Shown: positions 44,238 to 57,003 of the stretch, piece after piece
Numbering within the stretch: the stretch's first letter is position 1
How the letters are laid out: every line of letters begins with the position of its first letter
NCBI GenBank assembly: GCA_040437565.1
Contig: JBDOQK010000062.1
Coordinates: forward strand, 124,001-188,000
Source: Albugo candida
Lineage: Eukaryota
DNA length: 64,000 bases
Reading direction: 5' to 3'
Notes under the pieces: generated by a model
The model's database searches: none
What the model was told of the DNA's origin: nothing
What the model saw: only the letters and a program-made list of their open reading frames with translations
Program-made: the position numbers and the translations under genes

Positions 44238-47200
44238 ATGGATCACATCTGTTTACGTTGCGAGAAGGCGAATGGCGATCTCTGGCTGTGTAAAGGACCC
44301 TGTGTCTCGGCATATCATTTAAATTGTCTTCAAATAGATACAAATGCTCCTTTAAACCCAGAAAAATGGATATGTCCTTCCTGTCAAAGCCACCATCACA
44401 TTTGCTTTTACTGTCATCATATTGGCTCCTCATTAAACCGCGAACAAGATTCCATCGAACAAGAACCTTCTGAATCGCATACACTTCCACCAACTAATAA
44501 TATCGGTTATGTAAGTAAATGCAGAGCGTTATCGTGCGGCAAATTTTATCATTTGGAATGCATCACGAAACTTGCTTTAGCGCGAATTGCCGGGACACAT
44601 TTCATCTGCCCAGTGAGTGAGTGTCATGGGATCTGATTTGTAGCTGACTTTTGAGTCTGTAGTTACACACATGCGCTTCTTGCGAGCAATCCGGTGCCAA
44701 GAAAGAGAGCGTACGATGTGCGCGATGTCCAGTGGCTTATCATACAAGCTGTTTGCCTCAACAGAATGTCCATTTTCTGACAGGAAATTGTATTTTGTGT
44801 CCAAAGCACAAAAGGAGAGAAAAGGAGGAAGAAGAGANNNNNNNNNNNNNNNNNNNNNNNNNNNNNNNNNNNNNNNNNNNNNNNNNNNNNNNNNNNNNNN
44901 NNNNNNNNNNNNNNNNNNNNNNNNNNNNNNNNNNNNNATTTGGAATGCATCACGAAACTTGCTTTAGCGCGAATTGCCGGGACACATTTCATCTGCCCAG
45001 TGAGTGAGTGTCATGGGATCTGATTTGTAGCTGACTTTTGAGTCTGTAGTTACACACATGCGCTTCTTGCGAGCAATCCGGTGCCAAGAAAGAGAGCGTA
45101 CGATGTGCGCGATGTCCAGTGGCTTATCATACAAGCTGTTTGCCTCAACAGAATGTCCATTTTCTGACAGGAAATTGTATTTTGTGTCCAAAGCACAAAA
45201 GGAGAGAAAAGGAGGAAGAAGAGATGTATGAGGCTGTCGAAGTGGAGAATGAGAGCAATCATGCATATGTATCGAAAGATGAGTCCGGACTGGTTGGAGA
45301 TGGCGAAAGTGAATTAGAATTTCGCCAATATGTAAAGAGTATGAAGCGGGATAAAAAGAAGAAGAAGAAGAAGAAAAGGAAGCGAAAATGCGCCGAGAAT
45401 TCAGCTATAATATTGGAAAATGAAGTGGAGTCTGAAACGCGTTCGATGGAGAGCGGTGTTGAGATCGCATTCGAAGAAGAAATGACATCAAAGCGTACGT
45501 ATGCACCAATGTCTGAAGTGAATTCTGTTGCCCAAACGCTTTCCGATCGCATCGATACACCACAAACGGAACGTGAAGATTGCACAGATACTTTTTCTAG
45601 CACGATACCGATATCAATAAAAACAGAATCTGCATTCTCCAGCTCAGAAGCAAGTCAATTGCAGCAAGAAAGCGTTCAAGATATCAAACACAATCAAAAT
45701 CTCGTCGCGACATCGAACGATCTTACCGTCAAAAGCGAATGGGAAGAGAGAAAGCCTCCCCAACATGACTTGGACAGTATCCTCTACCCATCAAAACTTC
45801 AAAATGCGACGTCTTCTATGGAAACACAATCAAAAAGAGACAACACGATTGTCCAAGCGGACGAAGAAAAGGAAAATGGCAATTTGGAAGCAATCAATGA
45901 CGAAACGAAATCGACTGAAAAGGATGGACACAATGAACAAAGAAAAGAGACTTCGAGAAAAGTAAAACGAGCAAAACGCGAAGGTGTTCAGGACGAAGAA
46001 GCGAAATGGGTTCAATGTGACGCGTGTGAGAAATGGCGAATCGTTCCAAAGGAATTCGATTTGGACACAATGCCAGAGCAATGGTTTTGTCACATGAACA
46101 CGTGGAATGTGGAAGTTGCGAGTTGCGTTGTTCCTGAAGAGGCCTCCACAACGCTGTCTGAAAGAGGGAAAGCAGCAAGAGCGGCGGCCGTATCATGTCG
46201 AAAACGAAAAGCCAAACAAGTAAAAGCGAAGAAAACAAACGATTCGCATTGCATTTTGGACCGAAAACAACGGACACATTCCACTTTGACAGTCAAAGTT
46301 CCCTGCAATGAAGACGTCTTATCGAACGCCAGTGGATCTCTCGGAAGCAACGGAACACCAAACACTGGAAAGAAACGAAAGCTTAAAATGAAAGAAAAGC
46401 ACCGCGAAGTCAAATGGGTACAATGCGAGAATCCAAAATGCGGAAAATGGAGAATTGTGCCGTCGTATGTCAACATTTCAATACTTCCTGTGACGTGGTA
46501 TTGCCACCTGAACACGTGGGCGCCAGAACTCGCAAATTGTGATGCGCACAATCCTCCTGAAGTCGAAAATATATTTGCAACAAAACCGCAGTCCCGACGC
46601 TCTTCGAAGAAAAGCAGAAACAATTCCGACAGTAATTGCTCGTCCAATGGAAGCGGAAAAGCAAACGTTTTGAGTCAGACAGTCACTCTTTCTGCAAAGT
46701 CTTTAAAGCAGACGCGTCATTGGAAATGCACAACGCCAGTGGCAGCGTGCGCCTTTGAAAGTGTTTCAGAAAGCGTATCGATACCAAAGGAAACCGATAC
46801 AGCTACCGGTACTGCATGGAGTACCGCGAATGGAATCCAGGTCACGGGGCACGGAAGAGGAGTCGGAGCGAAACACGGGATCAAGAAAACGGTTTTGGAA
46901 TGGGCACAATGTGAAAAATGCAACAAATGGAGGAAACTTCCACAACATATCAAATCATCAACGCTTCCTGACACGTGGTTTTGCAGTATGAATTATTGGG
47001 ATCCATCACGAGCGTCCTGCAAAGTCCCGGAAGAAGCTGATAATGAACCGCTCGAACACAAAAACATTTTCTCTTTGAATGGTCCAACCCGCGCTTTGGG
47101 AACGCATGAACAGAGTACACATGCGGATACAATGCCCAGCGTGAATATGGCGGGGAATCACGTGAGTAGCAATCACGCAAACACTACGAATTTCCGTGCG

Positions 47201-47860
47201 AAACGAGGAAAACTGAGTTACACGGAGCTTTTATTCGCCAGTACGGGTCACTTGCGCAAGACTTATACGGACGAATCATCGACATCTTCATTCGAGCACG
47301 AGGGAATTGTATATCATCGCGATGATCAATACAATGAGAGTAGCTTATACGCTGGCATCACGAAAAACGCTAAAGAACTCCATCAAGATCCACGCTCACC
47401 GGAAAGTGTCAGCGACAAACAGGAAGAAGTAGCGAATTTGGAGTCGACAGCATCAAAAATTATGGAAATTATGAGCTTAAGGGAAGCGAAATCGATCCGA
47501 GATATACTTTACGAATTGACACAAAAATCCGAAGGAATGCCAAATCTGAGCGCTGATCTGAGTGCAATGCTGTCGCTTCTACCGGTTATCGCGCATGCAT
47601 TGAATCATCTGATGCACACAAAGCAAGTGGAACGTGTGGATCGATTAGAAACACACGAAAAACGAGTCCAAGCGTTTGAGTGTGAAGCGATTCGGACCGC
47701 CAACATATCGGAACTTTGTGTCGCACTTTCAGAGAATTGGACCAATGCGAATGACCTTCGAGAAACTGGTTTTGTTCAGTATTACAGAAAAACTCCTTTG
47801 CTTCCGTTAAAAGCACGAAAACCGTGGAAAGAATGTACGAAATTAATGCTATCAACGTGA
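44238..47860 (+). CDS. Chromatin reader with NSD-type tandem PHD fingers and three zf-CW domains; spans gap duplication
   Basis: CLRCEK..LWLCKGPCVSAYHLNCL..WICPSC..HICFYC..KCRALSCGKFYHLEC..FICPLHTCASC..RCARCPVAYHTSCLP..LCPKH. Three WxQCxxCxKWR..W.C.MN.W..C repeats at about 46001, 46410 and 46896. Poly-Lys NLS-like run. Confidence 0.85.
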
Positions 47861-47870
47861 CGAAACGACT

Positions 47871-48515
47871 TCATGTCGGATCTTTAGAATGCGATGGATG
47901 ACGAAGATCTTGAAGCTGTCGCTGTTGGCGTTTTAATTGTTCATGGAAGCGGCGTCGAAGCGAAGAGTGAAGCTCACATTTGTCTTTGTCTGTGGTCTCT
48001 TTGTCGCTTGATGGAAACTCCGCTTCGTTCGAATCGATGCGATGTGTGGTAATGCTCGTGTTTTCGGTCTTTGGATCCACGCGTTTCCGTGAATTTTTGG
48101 CTCGCTTGAAGTAAATTTCAAGCGTTTTGGCCAATTCAAGCGACTGGATTCTCATTTGATGTTGCAACAAGTCGAAGCGTTTATTGCATTCTTCGCGCAA
48201 TTGAAATGTCGTCTCTTTGAGCTTCTTATTGAAAGAAAGTATGGCCACTTCGATATGGCAAGGCTGTTTATCTGCTTCTCTGACACGACATTCGATTTGT
48301 TTTTGAAGAATTTCTGCGCGAGATGAAAAAGCGCCTTTCGATCGACAATCACATTTTTTGAGCTGTTGGAGCTGTTTACGATGATTTCGTACTTCTTTAT
48401 ACATCAAAAGCAATGTAGATCGAATCACCACATCAGATTTGCTCCATTCATTCTCTTCACGCAGTATTTGCGTGCGGAAAACATGATCCAAAAGCTCGGA
48501 ATCATTCATTTTCAT
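47871..48515 (-). CDS. Hypothetical coiled-coil protein
   Basis: 214-aa ATG-initiated ORF filling the space between two confident genes. Helical and charged composition; no motif recognised. Confidence 0.55.
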   Translation of the reverse strand: MKMNDSELLDHVFRTQILREENEWSKSDVVIRSTLLLMYKEVRNHRKQLQQLKKCDCRSKGAFSSRAEILQKQIECRVREADKQPCHIEVAILSFNKKLKETTFQLREECNKRFDLLQHQMRIQSLELAKTLEIYFKRAKNSRKRVDPKTENTSITTHRIDSNEAEFPSSDKETTDKDKCELHSSLRRRFHEQLKRQQRQLQDLRHPSHSKDPT

Positions 48516-48586
48516 CGCGTCGTTCCAAGATTCTTAAATCGTGTAAATGGTGTGCGGTTACCGATTGTGGTTTCTGTGGATTCCAA

Positions 48587-49598
48587 ATGTTTAAGCGCTT
48601 CAGTGTCGATGAGAACATTGCCAGTCACAGTCAAGTCAAATCCTCTCAACAACGAGCGATACGAAGCAGCATTTTGACACAGTATCCGGAAGTAGAGCCG
48701 TATTTGGAGCAACTCTTACCGAAAAAAGCGCCAATGATCGTTGCGAAATGGTACACAAAGCGCTCTATACGAATTTCCGTGATTATCGTATACATTTAGT
48801 CACAATCATCTACAACTTGTGCTTCACGACGGAATCCCTCTCTTCTTCAATTATCGCGATGGGCCCTTTATGCCGACGTTGAAGGTTCTCCATCAAATTC
48901 CAAAAGCGATGCAATGGGTCCGCGCGGATAAAGGAGCAATTCCCTTTGTTCTATCTGGAGCAAACGTGATGTGTCCGGGCCTTACTTCTAAAGGTGGAGA
49001 GCTTCCCACCAACGAGATACCTGCTGGTACACCAGTGGTACGTTCCGTGTCTCCGTGAGAAATGCGTTCCTCACACATTGTAAGGCGATTATGNNNNNNN
49101 NNNNNNNNNNNNNNNNNNNNNNNNNNNNNNNNNNNNNNNNNNNNNNNNNNNNNNNNNNNNNNNNNNNNNNNNNNNNNNNNNNNNNNNNNNNNNAAGGTTC
49201 TCCATCAAATTCCAAAAGCGATGCAATGGGTCCGCGCGGATAAAGGAGCAATTCCCTTTGTTCTATCTGGAGCAAACGTGATGTGTCCGGGCCTTACTTC
49301 TAAAGGTGGAGAGCTTCCCACCAACGAGATACCTGCTGGTACACCAGTGGTACGTTCCGTGTCTCCGTGAGAAATGCGTTCCTCACACATTGTAAGGCGA
49401 TTATGGCGGAAGGCAAAGAATTGGCAATGGCGATAGGTGTGCTCACACTCTCTACACGCGAAATGTACGTCTACATCAATGAAAGCGCTTCTTATCATCA
49501 TCTGATACTTTATCAGAAAGGAACAGAATAAAGGGATCGGCATCGAATTGATGCATTTCATCGGCGATGAGCTGTGGACATGTCCTCCGATACGATAA
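48587..49598 (+). CDS. MCTS1: MCTS1/Tma20 translation re-initiation factor (PUA domain), multi-exon, spans gap duplication
   Basis: MFKRFS..SQVKSSQQRAIR, PTLKVLHQ, DKGAIPFVLSGANVMCPGLTS, AEGKELAMAIG, NKGIGIELMHFIGDELW. Confidence 0.93.
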
Positions 49599-49647
49599 TC
49601 ATCACAATAAAATCATTTTCTTAGTTGAGAAATGTACAATTCAATCG

Positions 49648-51276
49648 CTACGCACTGCACGCTTGAAGCTGAGATCGTTCCTCTGCGTTCATGAATCCCA
49701 CTTTTGGTAGGTGCTGCTTTTCACTCAGTGGACAAAACTCGCGAATGCTTCGAGGACAAGCTCGTGTTCTCATCAGTCTCAGTTTCGTCCACACGGAATC
49801 GATCGCAGAAATGAAATGATCCATCATTTCTTCCGTATGTGCGGGTGAGGGCGTAATTCGTAGACGCTCTTCTCCACGCGGGACAGTTGGGTAATTGATA
49901 GGCTGCACGTAGATATTGTGCTCTTCCATCAACAGACGTGAAGCTTCTTTACATTTGACTGCATCGCCGATCATCAATGGAACAATGTGACTCACACTCG
50001 GAAGCAGCGGGAACCCTGCATCAATGAGTCGACGCTTCATTTCTTGAGCTTTCGCGTGCATCAATTTACGTTCTTCTTGACTGTTTTTGAGATGACGAAT
50101 CGATGCGCATGCTCCAGCTGCCAACATTGGTGGAAGAGAAGTAGTGAAAATGAATCCGGATGCCGTGGAACGCATCGCGTCACATAGTGCTGCTGACCCG
50201 GCAATGTATCCGCCCATGATACCGTACCCTTTAGCTAATGTCCCAGTTATCATTGTCAATCGATTCATACAGTGATCTCTTTCAGCAATTCCGGCTCCTC
50301 GATTCCCATATAGACCAACAGCATGCACTTCATCACAAAACGTCATTGCTCCATACTTTTCAGCCAAATCGCATATTTCGTGAAGTGGGGCAATAGTTCC
50401 CTCCATGGAATTGACGCTTTCAAATAGAATCAGTTTGGGAGTCGATGGATCCGCTTGTTTTAATTTACATTCCAAATCATATAGATCGTTGTGTTTGTAC
50501 ACATACTTCTTCGCTCGACTGTGCTTGATTCCCTGGATCATCGACGCGTGGTTCAGACTGTCTGAGAACATTTCAATTCCAGGAAAGATTTTAGAAAGTG
50601 TCGAAATGACCGAATCATTGGCCACATAACACGATGTGAAGATTAAAGCGCCTTCGGATTGGTGCAGATCGGCTATTTCTCGCTCCAGCAAGATGTGATT
50701 GTGGTTGGTTCCCGATATATTACGCGTTCCACCCGCACCAGCTCCAGATTTCAGCAGGTATTCTTGCATGGAGCCTACGACCTTGGGATGCTGTCCCATG
50801 CAAAGATAGTCATTACTGCACCACGCGACGACTTCTTTGGTGGTTCCGTCTTTCTGATGATGCACAGCACGAGGGAACCGACCACGTTGACGCTCTAGAT
50901 CTGCAAATTCACGGTATCTTCCTTCTTTTTTTATGGTCGCAATAGTTTCCACAAAAGCTTTTTCGTATTGGTCGCGCGTTTGGCCACCATGTTTTAGGTT
51001 GTGCGAAGGTTGCTTGAACGACTTTTGCTTTTGGACGGATTTGATTGGTGGAAAGTTTTGCTGTACATCCCGTAAAGTACGAGAAATGGAAGCATGTGCG
51101 GCGGAACTTCCAGCAGAAGCTTTTGCGATCAATTTGGACATATGAGGGCACAACTTCGCCAACTGAGCGATATTCGGTAATAAGGCTGCACGAGCGGTTG
51201 GAAGCGCATGCATAAAAGGACATCGTGTGGTTGCTTGTATCCGAGTTGTGGAAACCGACGCTCTACGAAGTGCCAT
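49648..51276 (-). CDS. ALAS: Mitochondrial 5-aminolevulinate synthase
   Basis: [56 protein letters not shown] (PLP Lys), [21 protein letters not shown]. Confidence 0.97.
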   Translation of the reverse strand: MALRRASVSTTRIQATTRCPFMHALPTARAALLPNIAQLAKLCPHMSKLIAKASAGSSAAHASISRTLRDVQQNFPPIKSVQKQKSFKQPSHNLKHGGQTRDQYEKAFVETIATIKKEGRYREFADLERQRGRFPRAVHHQKDGTTKEVVAWCSNDYLCMGQHPKVVGSMQEYLLKSGAGAGGTRNISGTNHNHILLEREIADLHQSEGALIFTSCYVANDSVISTLSKIFPGIEMFSDSLNHASMIQGIKHSRAKKYVYKHNDLYDLECKLKQADPSTPKLILFESVNSMEGTIAPLHEICDLAEKYGAMTFCDEVHAVGLYGNRGAGIAERDHCMNRLTMITGTLAKGYGIMGGYIAGSAALCDAMRSTASGFIFTTSLPPMLAAGACASIRHLKNSQEERKLMHAKAQEMKRRLIDAGFPLLPSVSHIVPLMIGDAVKCKEASRLLMEEHNIYVQPINYPTVPRGEERLRITPSPAHTEEMMDHFISAIDSVWTKLRLMRTRACPRSIREFCPLSEKQHLPKVGFMNAEERSQLQACSA

Positions 51277-51552
51277 GACTTTATTGAAACAACTTACAAA
51301 TTGAGAACTGAGAAGTTTTACAATCAGAGAGCACGTTTAGAGGCGACTAGGGCAAAGTGTCACTTGGTACTTTACATTAGTATAGGCTCTACGCGGTATG
51401 GTTCGAGACTTTTTGCCTATCAGCTTTCTACAAAAGCATAAAAAACAGATTTATATCCGATCGGACTGATCTTTCTTAACCTTCCATGTGCGGTTCGTAA
51501 CTCAGGGTACTCTTTCCATTCGATCACGTAACCAAGGACACTTGGAGGAGAC

Positions 51553-52401
51553 ATGGGCGAGCGTAAAGTTTTAAATAAATATTTTCCGCCGGATTTTGAT
51601 CCTTCGTTGGTCCCGCGCCGGCAGGGACCAAAGAATAAACAGATGGAAGTGCGGATGATGCTTCCATTCTCCATACAATGCGATACATGCGGAGAATATA
51701 TGTATCGCGGAAAGAAGTTCAATTCGCGTAAAGAAGAAGTTGTGGAAGAAAACTACTTAGGACTTCGCATATACCGCTTTTACATCAAATGTGTGACGTG
51801 CTCGTCGGAAATCACATTTAAGACGGATCCAAAGAACGGTGATTACGCTGCAGAGCACGGGTGTAGTCGTAACTTTGAGCCATGGCGAGAGAGACAATCC
51901 TTACAGGAAACCGCACTTAAGAAGCAGCAAGATGAAGAGCAAGGTGACTCAATGAAAGCTCTCGAGAACCGGACTGTAACTTCCAAACGAGAAATGGATT
52001 TACTGGATGCATTGGACGAGATGAAAGCGATCAATCAGCGACATGCGCGTGTCGACACAAATGCACTGTTGGATCAACTCGCCAATGGACCGAAAGAAGA
52101 GTGCGCTGAGAAGGAGGATCAAGAACTCGCAAAACTTGTTTTTTCGCAGAAAAAGAAACAATCGAACTGTGGAGATGTTAGAATGAAGAATCTTGATACA
52201 AAACGCTTTCAGTTATGTCAATCTAAAGCGTTAACATCTGCTCCGGTTAATGTCAAACGAAAGCTTTGTAACACTTTTGCTGCGAACAAAGCTGTGGAAT
52301 CGACTGAGGAGAAAAAACCAAAACTTGACATGGCAGAGAGTAGTAAACCTTCACTTCTCGCAGATTACACCGATAGCAGTGATGACAAAGCATCCGATTA
52401 G
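51553..52401 (+). CDS. YJU2: Splicing factor YJU2/CCDC94 (Cwc16)
   Basis: MGERKVLNKYFPPDFDP..VRMMLPFSIQCDTCGEYMYRGKKFNSRKE..YLGLRIYRFYIKC..ITFKTDPKNGDY. Confidence 0.95.
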   Translation: MGERKVLNKYFPPDFDPSLVPRRQGPKNKQMEVRMMLPFSIQCDTCGEYMYRGKKFNSRKEEVVEENYLGLRIYRFYIKCVTCSSEITFKTDPKNGDYAAEHGCSRNFEPWRERQSLQETALKKQQDEEQGDSMKALENRTVTSKREMDLLDALDEMKAINQRHARVDTNALLDQLANGPKEECAEKEDQELAKLVFSQKKKQSNCGDVRMKNLDTKRFQLCQSKALTSAPVNVKRKLCNTFAANKAVESTEEKKPKLDMAESSKPSLLADYTDSSDDKASD

Positions 52402-52517
52402 AGCAATCTCATGATTGAGATTCATTCAAATCAGAATCGGATTTAATGAATAAAACAAGGTAGATGCTTGACAAGACCGGTTACGTACCGGACCGCAACA
52501 TCTGCGAAGCAATCGAA

Positions 52518-52838
52518 ATGCTTTGCATTTGGCTCCGCACAGCATTTGGCAAAGCCACGTGCGGCTCATATTCACAAAACGGTGGACTTACGACACGACA
52601 CTGCCGCTCATTGTACATTAACCTCCGCGATAATCGTGAGCTCATACGAGCTCATACACGCTTACAACGGAGTCTGACAGATGACAAGCCTGTGACGGAA
52701 AATTATGTGATAATGCACGAAAAGAAGTGGGAAAAACGTCGTCGAAAGGCGGGAGAACAACTTATTCGTCATGCGAATCGTCGGCTCGGAAAAGCAATCA
52801 GCTTTTTCATCGAACGAAGAAATGGAATTATTGAATAA
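52518..52838 (+). CDS. Probable nucleus-encoded mitochondrial ribosomal protein bS21m
   Basis: RAHTRLQRSLTDD..HEKKWEKRRRK..RHANRRLGKAISFFIERR parallels bS21m (AYRTLNRILT.D..YEKP..RRQR..RIYN.EM.RKINFLMRK). Presequence-like MLCIWLRTAFGK. An alternative ATG lies at 52464. Confidence 0.6.
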   Translation: MLCIWLRTAFGKATCGSYSQNGGLTTRHCRSLYINLRDNRELIRAHTRLQRSLTDDKPVTENYVIMHEKKWEKRRRKAGEQLIRHANRRLGKAISFFIERRNGIIE

Positions 52839-52875
52839 TGAATTCGGTCATTGAGCTCATTTTAGTGTGTTGTTA

Positions 52876-54400
52876 CTATAAATGAGGCGTTGCCTGCTTG
52901 ATATCGTTGAGCCATTGACGAACTTGTGCGATTTGTTCTTCCACCGCAGCCTTACTTGTGCCTCCATAGACATTCTTCCGCTCAACACTGACTTCATAGT
53001 TCCATATGTCCATCACATCACGCTCAAATTTTGGATGCAAAGTGCTCAGCTCCTCGAATGTTACCTCGTTTAGTGGTCTGTTTTGATCTTCCGCTAAGCG
53101 TACTGCAGCCCCAGCAACATGGTGCGTCTCGCGAAAAGGAACGCCTTTACGAACCAAGTATTCCGCCAAATCTGTCGCAAGCATCTCCGGTACTAAGAAT
53201 GCCTTCATCTTTGCTCCATGAGGCGTAATTGTAGCCAGAACTCCGGTAGCAATCTGCACACAATCTAGCATAGTGTCCACCACGTCAAAAAGGGCTGCTT
53301 TATCTTCCTGTAAATCCTTGTTGTAGGATCTTGGAAGGCCTTTCAATGTGATCATAAAGCCATTCATACGGCCTATGACGGTCCCACATTTGCCTCGTAA
53401 CAGCTCCAATGCATCAGGGTTCTTCTTCTGCGGCATCAGGCTACTACCAGTACTGTATGCATCCGCCATCGTCAAAAATTTCTACATACCAAACGTGAGG
53501 TATATCCCTTGATGCAAACACTCAATGAGTACAGCACCAGCGTATTGTAAATGATCAGATCCTCAGATAGTTGGGAGAAGTGGATCATCGTCAATGAAGC
53601 CCAAAACAAAAATTCTGCAATAAAGTCGCGATCACAAACTGCATCCAGGCTGTTTGATGTGACATTTCGGAATCCTAATTCCAATGCAAGCGCTTTGCGG
53701 TCCACACCAAAGGAGTTTCCTAATCTTTATTGGTCAAATCAGGAGCTATCACGGTTTACCCTGATTTACCTGCAAGCGCCCCGCTTCCCAATGGTAAAAA
53801 GTCGACTCGATGAAGCAATTCTTTCAATCTTTCTGCATCCCTACGAATAGGGGCTCCATGGGATAGAACCCAATGAGAGAATCGAATTGGCTGAGCGGGC
53901 TGCAGATGTGTGAATCCAGGCATCAATAAATCAATATGTCTTTCAGCAACTTGTGCTCCAACACCAATGAATTCACTCAAGCTGCTTTGTAGCTTGATAA
54001 TTACCGATTTGAGATACAAACGCACGTCTGTGGCCACTTGGTCGTTTCGGCTTCGTCCCGTGTGAAGTTTACCGCCCACGGAGCCGACAAGCTCGGTCAG
54101 TCGACGTTCATTCGCCGTGTGAATGTCTTCGTCACCAGATTTTACCACAAACGTTTCGTCTTGCCATTCTTTTTTTATACTTTCCAATCCCTTCACAATC
54201 GTGTCACATTCATTCCGTGTGAGCAATTGTGCTTGCTTTAAAGCGCGCGCATAAGCTTGCGAGCCAGTGAGATCGGCTTCCCACATTCGTTTGTCGACTG
54301 ATAGAGATTCATTGAATTTCTCCATGGTTGGATCCACTTTTCCGTGAAAGCGACCTCCCCACAATTTGATGTCATTGTTGGTGCTTTCCGCTCCCGACAT
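52876..54400 (-). CDS. ASL: Argininosuccinate lyase, 3 exons
   Basis: [80 protein letters not shown]. Confidence 0.97.
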
Positions 54401-55550
54401 ATTTGCAGTTATTTCAGTTAATTGTTCAGCACTACCGAATTACCGTAATCGAATGAGAAAGCATTGCGAGACTAGGAATTTGTTGTGTATAGCCCACCCA
54501 TACGATGCTGGGTGCTTTGAGAATTCATTTATTGTCGTATTGCTTACGAAGATGTATGATATTCACTATTACAGCTTCCATCACTGGTATAGCTCTTAAC
54601 AATGAAGATATCACAGCGTAAGTGTATGGCAAAACGGGTGTGTGACTTTGGTAGTTTCGTTGGTCAAATTTCGGCTCCATATGCGGGACTCTACTATTAT
54701 TTCGACTCTAAATAGTATGTATGTGACGGTCGCAAAGCTCTCCGTTTGCCAGGATATATTTGGACAAGCGCGTTTTGTGTATCCATAACAAGGTCGACTG
54801 AATCAATGGAACAGAGAAGATAACTCGACGCAATCTCCACCAGGCTACAAATTACTCAAATTATATAGTGACTTCTCGATTTGCCGGATATTGCGTACCT
54901 CGCCTGATCAAATCATATCAGTACTTTAACTAGACAGGACTCATAGTTTTCTCTTCCTTTCGATAAGTATAGTCCATTGTGAACTTTCTAACAAAAATAA
55001 AGCCATAGCTTTTAATTCTAATGACGAGTCAACCCACTTGCGCAACGTAACGTCTTCTATGTAGGTAATCACAATGCACTACATCTAAAGCCATGGAAAT
55101 CATTGAGGTCTTAACGATCTGTAGCTCCAACGGTATCAAAACTGATTCATTTAACCGATACTTCCATATTTACTTTGATGATCCGGAGGAGCAGATTGAT
55201 GCAGTGGATGGGTCAATGAACACAGCGAAATAATCATTACGTGAATATCTCACTGAAGCTGGTTTTTGATCAATCACCTCTCGATAGCAACGTATTCCTC
55301 CAATGGAATGCAATTACTCTTTATTGCCGACTTAGTATGTTGACTCAGTACTCAAGTGTATCAATGACCTCTTCGTAACATTTACTTCTCTTTTCTTTGA
55401 TACAAAATGCCACACGGTACCGAGTCATCCACCCTCATATCCTCATGTATTACCGTATCCTTCCATATTCTTGGAGGGTCACAAATAAACTCAATCAGTC
55501 GACGTCGCTTCTCGGAAGAGTGTATATCGCCAGCTAGCACAACAACATCA

Positions 55551-56283
55551 ATGGCTCACACCGTACCCAAATCAGAGTATTCACGCTTCTTATCTCGCCA
55601 TTTGGATAATCCCACGTCAAATACATCTCTCACCAAACGAGCAAACCTCACAACTCGGCGTCCTCGACGACAGGAGTTACCTGAAGATAAAAAGAAGCAA
55701 CTTAAGGATGCATTCGACCTTTTCGATACCGAGAAACAAGGCTCAATTGACTATCATGAGCTGAAGATACTGATGCGAGCACTAGGATTTACCGTCAGTA
55801 AGCAACGCGTCTTAGATTTGGTGAATGAAGTAGATGTGCATCGGAATGGCCGAGTAACTTTCAGCGACTATATGGAAATAAGTATGTGGATCGTTTGCTC
55901 TACGGGACGGATTATTTATTATCTCGTAGTGCGAAGGGAAGTGCTGGCACGCGATCCGGATGAAGAAATCACCAAAGTAGATTCTATCCAACTTTAAGCA
56001 TTTGTGGGATTTGACGAAAACCCTGAAACTTTTAGGCATTTCAGCTTTTTGATGAGGACGGGAGTGGCAAAATCAACTTACGGGTAAATATCATTAGTGA
56101 TGTATGATTTTATTGTCATGCTTTGCAACAATGTAGAAAATGAGACGAGTAGCAAAAGAGCTTGGCGAAACATTAGACGATGAAGAACTGCAAGCTATGA
56201 TCGATGAATTTGACGAGAATCAAGATGGTGAAATAGATTTAGATGAATTTAGAGCGATTATGAAAGAATCTGATGACCTATGA
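55551..56283 (+). CDS. CETN3: Centrin (centrin-3/Cdc31-like), 4 exons
   Basis: [29 protein letters not shown] (YHELK is typical of centrin-3), [43 protein letters not shown]. Confidence 0.85.
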
Positions 56284-57003
56284 TTATTGGGGCGATGTTT
56301 ACTCGGGATGCTGGCCTCATTCATAGTGTTTAAAAACACGTGCTGATTGACCTATACAAATTAAGAAACTCGCTACAAGTGCCTTCTACCCATCACATAG
56401 ATACATAAATCGACGGCTTGATTACATTCATGTGACAACGAGTACCAATCCAGGTGTCGATTGTTTGACTAAAAATGGCCGATGAAAGGAATAGAATCCC
56501 ACCTTTTTTTCCTCAATTCGCTGTATGCGTTTGCTACTCCTCGACTTAGTAGCCAGAACCATCCAGTGAAGGATCAGGTAGCTCAACTTGAGCGAGTATA
56601 TCCCATTTTTGCATCTTAAGCGTACCGACATACTGCTCCGTTCACCACATACGATTGATACCGATAATTTAATACTGACGTCAGAGGGTTAGCAGCGTAT
56701 AAACGATCCAATTGATCGAATACTCGCTTTTCATTGGCCTTACCCTTCGTAAAGTAAAGGCGCATCTGATGTGCACCGATTTACGCGAGCAATTACTTCA
56801 TAGTATTGGCAATGAGCTTGTATANNNNNNNNNNNNNNNNNNNNNNNNNNNNNNNNNNNNNNNNNNNNNNNNNNNNNNNNNNNNNNNNNNNNNNNNNNNN
56901 NNNNNNNNNNNNNNNNNNNNNNNNATTGGCCTTACCCTTCGTAAAGTAAAGGCGCATCTGATGTGCACCGATTTACGCGAGAAATTACCTCATAGTATTG
57001 GCA

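Noticed and set aside
45355-45375. AAG microsatellite
   Set aside because: It simply encodes the poly-Lys NLS-like run of the PHD-CW protein.
54805-54830. TGGAACAGAGAAGAT resembling the U6 snRNA ACAGAGA box
   Set aside because: It lacks the following TAGCATGGCCCCT..AAGGATGA stem and the rest of U6; likely a chance match.
55507-55518. TCGCTTCTCGG resembling the U2 snRNA 5' end
   Set aside because: No downstream GTGTAGTA branch-pairing sequence or Sm site.
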